This document shows, one piece after another, positions 39,683-63,488 of a stretch of 64,000 nt of DNA (positions are counted from its first letter, which is position 1; the number at the start of each line of letters is the position of its first letter). A program made the position numbers and the translations under genes. Under the pieces are notes generated by a model. It ran no database searches and was not told the DNA's origin. It was given only the letters and a program-made list of their open reading frames with translations. Source of the DNA: Amoebidium appalachense. Its lineage: Eukaryota; Protista; Ichthyosporea. The stretch lies in the NCBI GenBank assembly GCA_963693365.1, contig CAVNZM010000008.1, positions 5,542,310 through 5,606,309 on the forward strand, in the 5' to 3' direction.

Positions 39683-39971
39683 GGGGAACCCCAACTAATT
39701 GATTTCTCCTTGTAGTCTTTATGGTGTCTCGTAGAGAAAGTAAACCCTGATATATAGTCACCACCCGACATCTATGTACGTGATCATGATATACCGCTGA
39801 GGGGATATTCCGAGCAAACCCCCCCCCCCCCATACCTGAGACTGGTTCTCTTTGCCTCGAGTAAACAGCGTAAACCCCATCATGATATACCGCTGAGGGG
39901 ATATTCCGAGCAAAACCCCCCCCCATACCTGAGACTGGTTCTCTTTGCCTCGAGTAAACAGCGTAAACCCC
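37322..39971 (+). mobile_element. Young 5'-truncated non-LTR-type RT element (copy 2) with tandem duplication of its terminal ~93 bp
   Basis: Contains the RT ORF. The 3'UTR has internal (CA)n, poly(A) and poly(C). The terminal unit is repeated at 39783-39878 and 39879-39971, each ending GTAAACCCC. Confidence 0.92.
37356..39530 (+). CDS. Reverse transcriptase, non-LTR type, with C-terminal Cys/His motif; N-terminally truncated
   Basis: Motifs KSCGPDGL, FRPITL, QSAFR, FIDWKTAYDSV, RGLLQGSLLSPFLFNLFID, LLYADD and YKYLGV. C-terminal QWR..CP..H.FNR.C..C. An in-frame stop lies upstream at 37311-37313. No endonuclease is visible. Confidence 0.95.
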   Translation: MDAGDPLIDSDKYFSELFKDRTPAQKPIVWPVDPSIPIESILPFFSPDAIWSVISSYSSSKSCGPDGLPAGFLKILVPSYPQKESDRAIKPDLTIMLSSLFSWCVKCGHVPSSWLDTLVIPIVKKDSEGPISSFRPITLTQVVRRFFEACLLRLFAHHPRFQSILHIHPCQSAFRKNNSCYVQIMALHDSMQVGAQYVGFIDWKTAYDSVSPGLLWEKLAARGVPHCIGVLLEALLSQTYGRAVVNGHLSYGFARTRGLLQGSLLSPFLFNLFIDDLAVKIYAENDDPINNFPPALLYADDLSLLARTPRRLQRLFDVVSEWCKANLMILNIDKCGVLVPDIANNLHTFTLSSKPVPIVPEYKYLGVPVDSVGVMFPHMVEKRVELARKRLAFFSANIFKDTPLHPSIRLTFIRTFVFPACEYGLPLLAAWIKKERTRALKPLANFLEAEVASFLSNNCCKPGPVTLSIYGLVPIAARVSYLALKFNKHISRLKKYLPSHPLFSIRPVPSSPLPSFLPSLSPSPLGTNTNKPRNSVCVTLDCHLLIKHVHNHKIITQYNKWKKIPHDTRPDESIHLEKLSLMSRFIYTDRLNHIAKYGTRKCITPKYILPSCRTGLSLADGIIDQLPRFYCTRAIQWRSNKYKVASFACPNNTHTHQFNRSCIAKCSLIDHIIPQHTHVTFTTDTQKDSLPVNYNILDFILNTRNYDLFIRCIDWLEKHITTKL

Positions 39972-41014
39972 AACTCAGTTTCTAACTGCTCTACGCGAAT
40001 TGAGCAGACTTTTAGATATTTAGAGAACGGCTTTGGTTCTCTAAATTCGCCGAGTATTTAGATATTCAGATCCACGCGAAGCGACTCATCGGTCCGTGTT
40101 TGGACGTTGGCACAGTTTTCAAAGTAGGCTAAGACTTAGAGAAAAGGTATTACATTCACACACGTGAGAGTGTGTTTGTTTGGATCTTAGGATATAACTA
40201 GCTTTAGCAGAGGCTGAGTTACCTCCGAGGTGAGTGCGCGTGCGTGCGTGTGCGCGTGCCTACGTAGTAATTACCTACTTTCAGAATACTTCCTAACCAC
40301 GCCTTGCTCGCAGATACACGCATTCGTTCACACACACACACACGCAGACGCACCGTGTTACATTTGAGTTAACGTGTATGCAGAAGTGTAGAGATAAAGC
40401 AAACGCACAACCGTGCTTGCGTAAACTCACACTACAGCATGACTGCACGCATTCACACACGCAACAAGCATACACCTGCATGCCAGAAGCTCTTCTCTGT
40501 TTCATTGATTTCCAGTTGCCTTCACGCCCCCTCCCCTCCCCCCCCCCTCCCCCCCTACCTCCCCCCCCCCCTCCCCCTTTCCTCCCCTCCCCCCCCCCCC
40601 CCCCCCCCCACCATTAACCCCACACAAAACACACACATACACACAATCACAAACACATAAGCGCGGGTCTTGGTGTGTGTGTATGTTTCTATGCCTTGCA
40701 CCTTACTCTTCTCCCACCTTGCATCTATGCTTTATGCTGGTCGGCGCTTCCACTCCCCCCCCTCCCCCCTCCTCCCCCTTTCCCCCCCCTCCCCCCCCTC
40801 TCCCTCCCCCTCTCCCTTTCTGCCCCCTCCTTACACAGCTTTCCAGTTACCCTTTTCACCATGTTCCCGTTCCCATAGCTTTTCTTGTTGCCCTGCAGGT
40901 ACATACCCCCCCCCCCCCCCCCCCCCCTCCCCTCCCCCGCCCCCTCTCCCACACACACACACACACACTCACATACATATACACGCACGCACACAAGCAC
41001 ACACACACGCTCAC

Positions 41015-41076
<62 letters not shown>

Positions 41077-41093
41077 CACACGCGCGCGCGCGT

Positions 41094-41145
<52 letters not shown>

Positions 41146-41599
41146 ACACACACGCAAACACAGTGGGTCCTTCTTCTTTCTATGCCCTGTGATGACATCT
41201 GCGCCCTTCTAACCGGGTCCAGTGAAGCACACACCTGTGTGTGCCGGTATTCATCTGCTCCCCCCCCCCCTCCCCCCCCCCCCCCCGGTTTCATCTCGCA
41301 CATCCCGCCCTCCACCAGTCGTTCTTCCCAACCCCTGCCTTCCTTCTGTCAACTCCCCCCCCCCTCCCCCCCCTTGCCCCTCCGGGCGGGAACCTTTATT
41401 ACGTAGTTTTTCTTGATAGCAATTCCCCCTTGGCTATAGCAATTTCCCCTTGGCTTCCACACCCCACTTCATTCCCCAATTTTTTATCTATCCCTATCCC
41501 GTTTGTCCGAGAGGTTTAGCTCTTACACAGGAGTCACACAAACGCAGGTGACAAACTAACACACATTTGCGGCAGTGTGCACGCACGGGCACATGCACC

Positions 41600-41684
<85 letters not shown>

Positions 41685-41759
41685 ACACATACACACATGC
41701 TTTCGCACACAGACACACACACATACATGTACACGCGCGCACACACACACACAAACACA

Positions 41760-41806
<47 letters not shown>

Positions 41807-42081
41807 CCAGTCACACTACATCTCAGTCACGCTTACACATTCACACTCAAAACTCGCTCGCTCGAGCTCATACGCTTTCATGATCACACGCTTCTCCCTT
41901 TTTTTCTCCCCCCCCCCCCCCGCGCATCTTAAGAAACCTCTTTCCAATGGCTAATCGTTTTGCGTAACCGGCAGAGGGCAGCACCCGTCTCAGACCGCTT
42001 CAATACTCTGTCTGCAACCCAATTGCATGTGTCGGTGTTTAGCCTTTTATGGTGATTTTTCCTTCTTTTTCTAGATTCAAG

Positions 42082-54491
<12,410 letters not shown>

Positions 54492-54633
54492 GGGGGTAGG
54501 GGGGATGCGTGTTGGATGGATTTACCGGGCTCCTTTAAAAGGGAAAAATGGAAAGGGAAAATGAAAAATACGGGGAGCTTTTTAGGCGGCGCTGTAGGGC
54601 AGAGTAGCTGGTGGGTGTTTCGAGTGTGTGTGT

Positions 54634-54673
<40 letters not shown>

Positions 54674-55127
54674 TGTTTTTTTTTTTTGAGGGTTCTTGGG
54701 CTTGTTTGGTGTTTGTTTATTGCAGTTTTAGGGATTGAAAACTCTTGTTCTCTACGATACCAGGGAACCCCCCCGAGATGTATTCTTGTGTGTTGTAGCC
54801 CCTTTCTCTTTTGTGAAACTTCGGGATGGGGGTAGAGCCCCCCGAAGGAAGGGAAGGGGAGGGAGGGAGGGAGGGAGGCGGGGGGGGGGGGGGGGGGGGG
54901 AGGGGGGGGAGGGGGGAGGGGGAATGATTTGAGCACGTCTGTCAGGGGTACTGATTGTCCAGATTTCGGATTCGGTAATTGTTTTTTTCCCCCGTATTTT
55001 GGGTTTTTCGATGCTCAGAACATTGTAGGATGAAGTGCAAAGGCGGAGGGCGGAGGACGTATGAAGAACTTCGAAACTTGTATCTATGATTTTGTGTTTT
55101 TACTCCGCGTTGCTCTTAGATGCTGGC

Positions 55128-55175
<48 letters not shown>

Positions 55176-55245
55176 CTTTTTTTTTTGTTTTTTTTTTTTT
55201 TGTTCTTTTTTTTTGCCTTTTTTTGCCTTTTTTTTTCCCCTTACC

Positions 55246-55285
<40 letters not shown>

Positions 55286-55938
55286 TTTTTTTTTTTTTTT
55301 TTTTTTTCTTTTCTTTTTTCCTTCTTCTCCCCTTGGAGATGTTGTTTGCTGTAGTAGTTTTTTATTGTAATTTATCCCATTTTGCTGGCATCTTGTTTGT
55401 AGTGAATGGCTTCTTGGTGTACCTGGTACTCACAAGTTTTCCCGATGGGTGTGTGTGTGTTCGTGGTGGGGAATGTGTGTGTGTGGATGTATGCATGTGT
55501 GCGTGCATGTATTCGTACGTGGTTGCGTTTGTATATGGAGGCAGCCTCGGCGCAGGGGGGGAGGGGGATGGCAGTTACGATTGCAGCTGTTAAAGAATAA
55601 CTGTGTGAGTTCTCTATCAAGACCTAAATCTCAGCAATAATAAATGGTTGTCCATTTGCAGACGTTGTTCTTATCAAACTCCGTTCGACAAAAGCGCAGG
55701 CGCACTCACACCACACACACACATGAACATTTGATTTTTCGAAACCCCCCCCCCCCCCCCCCCCCCTCCCCCCCCGGGGGCCCCCTCCCCCCAGTTTAGC
55801 AGATATATGGGATGTGACGAAGAGGGGTAGAAGTAGGAAGGGGATTTGGGGGGGGGGGGGGGGGGTTGCCACGGTGCTTTGGTGTGGGGTTGGCCGGTAG
55901 TGGAAGGCTGTGTGTATGTGTGAGACTCGTCACTGTGG

Positions 55939-55976
<38 letters not shown>

Positions 55977-56319
55977 TATACCGGTATATACGGTGTGCGT
56001 GTATGTGTGTGTGTATATACGTATGTATTTTTTTGTTTAGGGGGCGGGGGAGGGGGGATTAAAAAGAATCAAGGTCAGGTTTTCATAGGGCCTGTATGTT
56101 CCGGAGTCTGAGACCTCGCAATCGGATTTCCGGTATATAACACATCAAAGACAAGAATCGGATCTTTCGAACATTTACGCGCGGAACACTTTTGTAGTGA
56201 TTATGAAGAACAGAAACCAGCACCGTGTAACGGGAGTCCTGCACAGCAGGTCTCCTACAACCTGACTCTCTGAGAGTCCCGGGAGGACCGTTTTTTTTTT
56301 TGTTTTTTTTTTGTTGTTG

Positions 56320-56354
<35 letters not shown>

Positions 56355-56576
56355 GGGGGGCTGCTGGAGCAGTGCACGTGTGTATGCGTGTGTGGTCACC
56401 GTGGTGGTGGTGGTGGGGGGAGGGGGGAGGGGGGGGGGGGGGAGGGGATCGTTGGGGGGAGGGCCTGTGTGTTTCGCAGGTATGGCATTGGTGTGTGCTT
56501 GTGCCCACGCGTGCACGTGCAATATAACCAGTGTGTGTGTCACCATGACCGCGCGTGCGCACACGTGTTTGTTTGC

Positions 56577-56659
<83 letters not shown>

Positions 56660-56914
56660 CCGTGTGTGCGTGTGTACACAAAGACCTTCCCCAAGAAGTC
56701 GTGTAGCAGCACCTGTTTTTGCATTGGTTTCGTAAAATTTAAATACTATTCATAATTCAAAGAGTATTTCATCACCCACTACGCTTCATGTGTGTAGCCT
56801 GATACAAATGTACATACGTGTGTGTGGGTGCCCATCAAGAATAGCCTTCATGATGTTGTGGTTGCGTCCACTTTTCTTCTCCCTCCCCCCCCCCCCCCTC
56901 CCCCTGGCCCGCCC

Positions 56915-56953
<39 letters not shown>

Positions 56954-57474
56954 CCGTCTCCCTCTTACTCTTTCTCGAGGCTCTCTCTCTCTCTTTCTCT
57001 CCCCCAGCGCCCCCCCCCCCCCCCCCCTTTCTCTCTCTCCCCCCCCCCCCCCCTCCCCCCTCTCTTTCTCTCTATTGTTCTTTGATGATGGCGGGGAAGC
57101 CCTTCCCCGGCCCCTCCGTCCCCCTCTCCACCCCCAGCACACACACACACCTTCCCCCATTCCCACGGACAAAGGCACACACACAAGCACATGCACATGC
57201 CAAAAACACATCAACAGAACAAAACACACAAGCCCCGCCCCCCCCCCCCCCCCCCGCACCTGCCTGCCCGCCCCCTCATTGCTTTGGCTATAACTGGCAG
57301 TGGAAATAGGCAGAGCAGGCTTTTATAATCGAAGCAACGGGATGCTCCGGAGCCAAAAGAAAGACTAACAGTCTGTTGACAAGCAATCGATTGACTATAT
57401 CAATGATACTATGATAGGCGGGTAAGGTTGGGTCTTTAAATCTAGATATTCTCAACTTTGAAACTGTATCTGTA

Positions 57475-57515
<41 letters not shown>

Positions 57516-57785
57516 TGGGGGGAGGGGGGAGGGGGAAGTGGGAGGGGGAGGGGGACGTAGTCTCAAACCTGCTACTATGCTATGCTAAATTTATCGATCG
57601 TTTCTGCTGGAACAATTTCAGGTACATGATAAGCCAGTAAATAATGTGGAGTCCTCTCTCGGTACGCGAGCGCCCGTGTGTGCGCGTGTGCTTTGCATAT
57701 GAGCGTTTTTGTGTGCCCACAAACACATGGTGTGTGTGTTTGGTGTGTATTGGCCCCACCGGATGGGAAGGGGGGAGAGGGAGGG

Positions 57786-58241
57786 CCAACCACATCGGCA
57801 GAGTTAACTTGTTCCAAGGGTTTGCAGAATTATTTTGTTAACAGCAGAATTATTCAGCAAAAGCAGAATTATCCAGCAAAAGCAGAATTATTCAGCAACA
57901 GCAGAATTGTTCAGCAAAAGTAGAATTGTCCGGCAAAAGTAGAATCGTTCAGCAAAAGCGGGATGGTTCAGCAAAAGCGGAATTATTCAGCAAAGAGCAG
58001 AATTTTTCTGCTAAAAGCAGGTTTATTCTGCTGCCGTGAGCAGAATCATTCTGCTTTCTGCGGATTAATTCAGCTAAAAGCAGAATGGTTTTGCTTTCAG
58101 TGAATTTTTCTGCGGAATAATTCACCTAAAAGCAGAGGGATTCTGCTAAAGGCAGAATGACTATGCTAAAAGCAGAATAATTATTCAGCTTTTCGCAGAG
58201 TAAATCTGCTTTTTGCGTGTTGATTCTGCCGATGTGATTGG
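57786..58241. mobile_element. Foldback/MITE-like element with 23-bp TIRs and internal ~19-20-bp repeats
   Basis: CCAACCACATCGGCAGAGTTAAC at 57786 and GTTGATTCTGCCGATGTGATTGG ending at 58241 differ by 3 mismatches. The interior is built of CAGCAAAAGCAGAATT units in both orientations. Confidence 0.75.
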
Positions 58242-58261
58242 TTTTTTTATTTTTATTTTTT

Positions 58262-58298
<37 letters not shown>

Positions 58299-58551
58299 TC
58301 GACTTGATCTGCAACTGACAAATCTGTATTTACCATACGGTTAGTGCTGTCATTGTTTTTCTCTTAATACCCTCCTAGTGTAGGCATATCATTCCAAATG
58401 TTTCAAACCTGGCGAATTGATAACCATGCCATTACATTTAATTAAATACTGTTAGTGACTTCAACGTGCACTCATGTTCCCCCAAACGGGAGGGGGGAGG
58501 AGGGGGTAGGCGGGTGGGGGGGTGGGGTCGGGAAGAGGGGGGACGGGGGGA

Positions 58552-58590
<39 letters not shown>

Positions 58591-58668
58591 AGAGGCGGAG
58601 GGGGGTAGACAGGGGAGGGGAAGGGAAGGAGGGGGGGGCTCTTCATGTGAATTGGAAAAATCATAACA

Positions 58669-59007
58669 AATTTGTGCCGGTCGGTCACTTAACTGAGGAG
58701 TATTGCTGAGATGTGGCGAGTTTTGCAGAGGTTAGAAAGCGAAAGAGAGAGGGAGTGGGATGCCCATAGAGACTTTAAGTGATTAATATGTTGTGTGATG
58801 TTGTATTAATTTGTGCCGGTCGGTCAGTTAACTGAGGAGTATTGCTGAGATGTGGGGAGTTTTGTATTAATTTGTGCCGGTCGGTCAGTTAACTGAGGAG
58901 TATTGCTGAGATGTGGGGAGTTTTGCAGAGGTTAGAAAGCGAAAGAGAGAGGGAGTGGGATGCCCATAGAGACTTTAAGTGATTAATATGTTGTGTGATG
59001 TTGTATT
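58669..59007. repeat. Tandem duplication of a ~140-bp unit with an intervening partial copy
   Basis: AATTTGTGCCGGTCGGTCA... recurs at 58669, ~58808 and ~58868. Confidence 0.9.
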
Positions 59008-59129
59008 TGTTGGTGTTGGTGGTGGTGGTGGTGGTGGTGGTGGGGTGGGGTGGGGGTGGGGTGGGGTGGGGTGGGGTGGGGTGGGTGGGTGGTGGTGGTG
59101 GGGGGGGTACCTGTGTGCGTGGTTCATAT

Positions 59130-59164
<35 letters not shown>

Positions 59165-59167
59165 TCG

Positions 59168-59207
<40 letters not shown>

Positions 59208-59639
59208 TGTGCGTGTGTGTGTGTGCGTGTTGTGTGTACATGTGTGTGTGTATGTGCGTGTGTGCGCGCGCGCGGTGTGTGTGTGTGCGTGTGTGTGTGT
59301 GTGCGTGCGTGCGTGCGTGTGTGTGTGTGTTATCGTTCGTGCGCGCGCGTGCGTGTGTGCTCTCGTGTGCGTGTGTGTGTGCACACGTATGCGGTGCGCG
59401 CACGTGTGTGTACATGCGTTGTGTGCGTGCGCGTGTGTGTGTGGGTGTGTACTTGTGCATCTGACATGTGCATGCGTGTGTGTGTGTGTTTGTGTTCACA
59501 GTGGCAAGTTGCGCGCGTCTGTGCTTTGCTCAGATTGCTTGGTTACCGATAGGCCTACTACTACGTTCGTTCCATTGTGGCTTTATGATACACACGAGGA
59601 ATAGTCCCCTGCCACATGAACCGGCCTACAACCTCCAAG

Positions 59640-59681
<42 letters not shown>

Positions 59682-60851
59682 CCGCCCCCTCCCCCCCAGC
59701 CCCCCTCCCCCCTCCCCCCGCCATTTCCCTCCCCTCTTAGCCCTCCCTCCCTCCTCCTCTCCCCCCAGAAACCCCTGCACGTGCATATTCGGTTCTTATA
59801 TCCGAGATTTCTGAAGGAAACTGTTCATTCAAGGGTGACTGACGGGTGCTGGCCTGGCCAACACCTTCAACGAGCAGCGAGCCACATACGTATAGGTTTG
59901 CACCCCTCAAGAGTAGGGTAAATCAAAGAATAGGTTGACCAGGAGCCGCGGAAAATATAGCGTAGGTATGTAGACAGAAACTTCTATGCACTAGGGGACA
60001 AACAATAATTTAATAACTTTTAATATTTTACAAAATAAATATGAGCATTTTTTATCCACAAAAAAGATACATCATGCTAAAAATACAAACGTCTATCTCT
60101 CTACCAATAAATCAACAGAGTAAGAGCTCTGAAGGAATGCTTTTGCCGCGCTCGCACATTCTTTCTGAAGCGCTCTTAGCGAACCATAAATTTGTGGGAT
60201 TGAAAGTAATTGATTCAAGAACCAATGGAAAATAAACACAAATCAAATCGCTCGAACACGAACCGAAGCTATTAGGCTAAGCACGTTGATTGGTTCATCT
60301 CTGTTGGCTCACGCCAGCTGCATTCTTCAGCCCAAACAGCAACAGTTGAACCTTTTCAACAAAAAGGCTTTGGTGAGACCTAGGGCTACATGTTCGCCAC
60401 GATTTTAAAATATGTTTGTGCAGTAAATATCAGGTTACTAAAGATACTTCATTTTCTGCGCGCAATGTTTTTAATATGTCGCTACTCGCCGTCTCAGAGG
60501 GGCGGTGCGAACCGTTAATTGCTGAGGAGGGTAAAACGATTGACGGTGCAGCTTTAGCCAATCATCAATGTTACAAACAGAAACCGCGAGCTTAACGACT
60601 CACCTGCCAGACGCATTTGCAGACTTAGGCCATATATGGTCAAAGTCGTGATTGGTTCGTTATATCGTCCACCAATAATCTGAACGCGGGGATTTCAAAT
60701 TTGATCATGACGGTCGCGCTGAATAACCGTAGCCCGTTCTCCCATACCCCCTCTGACTCCCTAAACTTGATGGGGCCGCTAATATCTCATATGGAAATTG
60801 ATCAAAATACATCAAATTTCACAATCTGGACGCTTAGCCCTTAAAGCAAGG

Positions 60852-61101
60852 TCCGTATCTACCATTTTAAGTCCCGATTGAGGATGATCCGATCGAGGAT
60901 TTCGGATTGCCCTGACGCGGCTATTGAAGTTCTCGAACATATCAAGTAATCAAGGATGTGACGTCATTTGTTTACAAAAACGTCAGAATGACGTCATGCC
61001 CTCGATCGCTTGATTGATTCGAGAATTTCAAGAGCCGCAACAGGGCCATCCGAAATCCTCGATCGGATAATCCTCGATTTGTCTAAAATGGTAGATACGG
61101 A
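60852..61101. mobile_element. 250-bp imperfect palindrome (MITE-like)
   Basis: TCCGTATCTACCATTTTA pairs with TAAAATGGTAGATACGGA at the ends. GAGGATGATCCGATCGAGGATTTCGGAT pairs with ATCCGAAATCCTCGATCGGATAATCCTC. Symmetric TGACGTCA motifs flank an ~18-nt loop. Confidence 0.8.
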
Positions 61102-61498
61102 GGTTGGACATGTGCCTTTGGACGTCACGTCTCCACCAGAAGCACCGACACGCTTCCGAAGCACGCCCGCACACCATAGATGCTCGTTTCCTTTTTCCCG
61201 CCAAAACAACTTTTGCAGAGTTACCTGGGGACACGTGTGCGTTTATATTTCTGTTTTTTATACTCTTTGCGCACCAGCATAAAACAAAAATAGCACAAGA
61301 CGATTCCGGTTAACGTTGTAGGGTAGGGCAAAGCCCCGCGATTTGCAATCAGAACAGGTGACGGGGCTCGAGATTTGCAATCAGAACAGGTGACGGGGAG
61401 AAGGGGGGCCATGGCCACGTGCGTTTGCAGAAGGGGGGGAGGGGGGGGGGGGGGGGGGGGGAGAAATAGAGAGAGAGAGAGAGAGAGGGTGTGTGTGT

Positions 61499-61540
<42 letters not shown>

Positions 61541-62551
61541 GGGGGGGGGGGGGGGGGGGGGGGAGGGGGGATGGGGGTGCATAGTGAGTAGGGGAAGGCC
61601 GGGGAAAGAAATTGGGAGCTCGAGAAGGAGGAGGGCTAGGAGAGGCAGGGAAGGAGGGATGGAGGAGCGAAGGGGGGGGGACGCGGGGGGGGGGGGGGGG
61701 GGGGGGGAGGGGGAGGGGGATATATATTATTGATGATGATTGACTTTATTACATAGATGGTACACGTGTGCACAAAAACATGAGGGCAATTGAAAACTGT
61801 GCACGTGCCGCAATGCGGCGGGATTGGAAGAAATCGCGTACGGAATGTGCGGCCTTCCTACACGCTAGCGCTGTCTACAAGCGCGCTTTGCACCGCTGCT
61901 CAGAGCTCTCCGCCCGCCCATAAAAGCGAAAAGTAAACAAACATTTGACGCATTCGCGCGCATAGAGCGGTGCGAAAGTGTGGAGTTGCTTTGTGGTGAC
62001 CGGGACCTTTTTCTCCTCGCTTGATTTTGAAAGGAAAGACAGTGTAAAACTTACACACACAAAGAGGAGGGAAAGGTGGGTCTTTATGACCGCCGTATGA
62101 GAAAAGATGAGAGAATTGTCAACGCTACAGGCGGCGTTTGTCGCGCTGATTTACACAGGTACACAGTCACGCCTGCAATATCTTTCAGGTCAATGATTGT
62201 ATCGTGGTTTGACTTAGAGAAGGCTGTGGCGAAATGCCGATGTGATGCAATGCCTTTGTATCAGAAAGCTGTCATACATCATCCACATAATCAGAACACG
62301 TCAGCAAAGACGCTGTCACACGCACACACAATTACACACGCTGCTTGAAAGGAAGGAGCACATTGTCAACACACACCTAGCCCTCCCCGAATCTATACCC
62401 AGCCCCTCCTTCTTACCACCGAAGCCAGCATACGCACGAACACAGCCATACACACACAAGTTGGAAAACACACAGCAAACACAAAAGAACAGCCCGCCCA
62501 ATTTAGAAACAAAACAAAACACGAAATGAAAAAAAGTGAGAAGTAAATAAG

Positions 62552-62619
<68 letters not shown>

Positions 62620-62736
62620 AAAAGCAAAAAAAACAAACAAAAAAAAAACAAAAAAAACCCCTCTTTCTGGCGAGAAACAACAAGTCTCAGCGTCCTTCCC
62701 CGCCTTCCCCTTCTCCTCCCCCTCCCTCCCCCCCCC

Positions 62737-62770
<34 letters not shown>

Positions 62771-62883
62771 CCCCTCTCTCTCTCTCTTCCTCCTCACCCC
62801 ATAGTTTCCAACCCCACTCACACCAACTTATCCCCAACAGCCAGTTTTACTGCCGGGCTCTCCTCTCCGGCTCTAAGAGGTCG

Positions 62884-62916
<33 letters not shown>

Positions 62917-63457
62917 GCTCACACACACACACACAGAAACACTTGGTTGACAACGTGCTTGTATTACCCACCACACAGCAGTGGGGAGCAGTGGCGGAAG
63001 GGGGTGGGGGGGGTGGGGTGGGGGAAGAAGGGGGGAGGGGGGAAGGGGGAGGATGTATGAGAGGAGTGAGGGGGGACGTGAGTGAAGGGCATGAAGAGGG
63101 GGGGGGGGGGGGGAAGGGGGGGGGGGGGGGGAGAGAGAAAGGGGAGAGGGAGAGATGAGAAATGGAGAGAATAACTCAAGTTTAAGGTGGTCAACCGTTT
63201 CTTTTTTCTGATCGAGTACTGGAATTCCGAAACAGCTTCTCGAAACCTCATTTTTCGCGGTTCTTTTTTCATGTCTTATGTTATGACCCTCTAATTGTAT
63301 CGCTCTGTGGTTTTTTTTTTTTTCGGTGATGTTTACAGTTACTCTGTTGTATTCTTCGTTCACGGATGGCGATTTTTTTCGGATGTTTTCCAACCGTAGT
63401 GTCTTTTTGTGAGGGGAGATCTGGAACTTCAAGGGGTGAGGGATGGGTGTTTTTTCT

Positions 63458-63488
<31 letters not shown>

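Noticed and set aside
39735-39971. GTAAACCC motifs as telomeric repeats
   Set aside because: They are dispersed rather than tandem, and there is no sign of a chromosome end.
57826-58220. Short repeat array as CRISPR
   Set aside because: Repeats are contiguous and degenerate, lack unique spacers, have no cas genes nearby and occur in a eukaryotic context. The same applies to 52453-52565 and 58669-59007.
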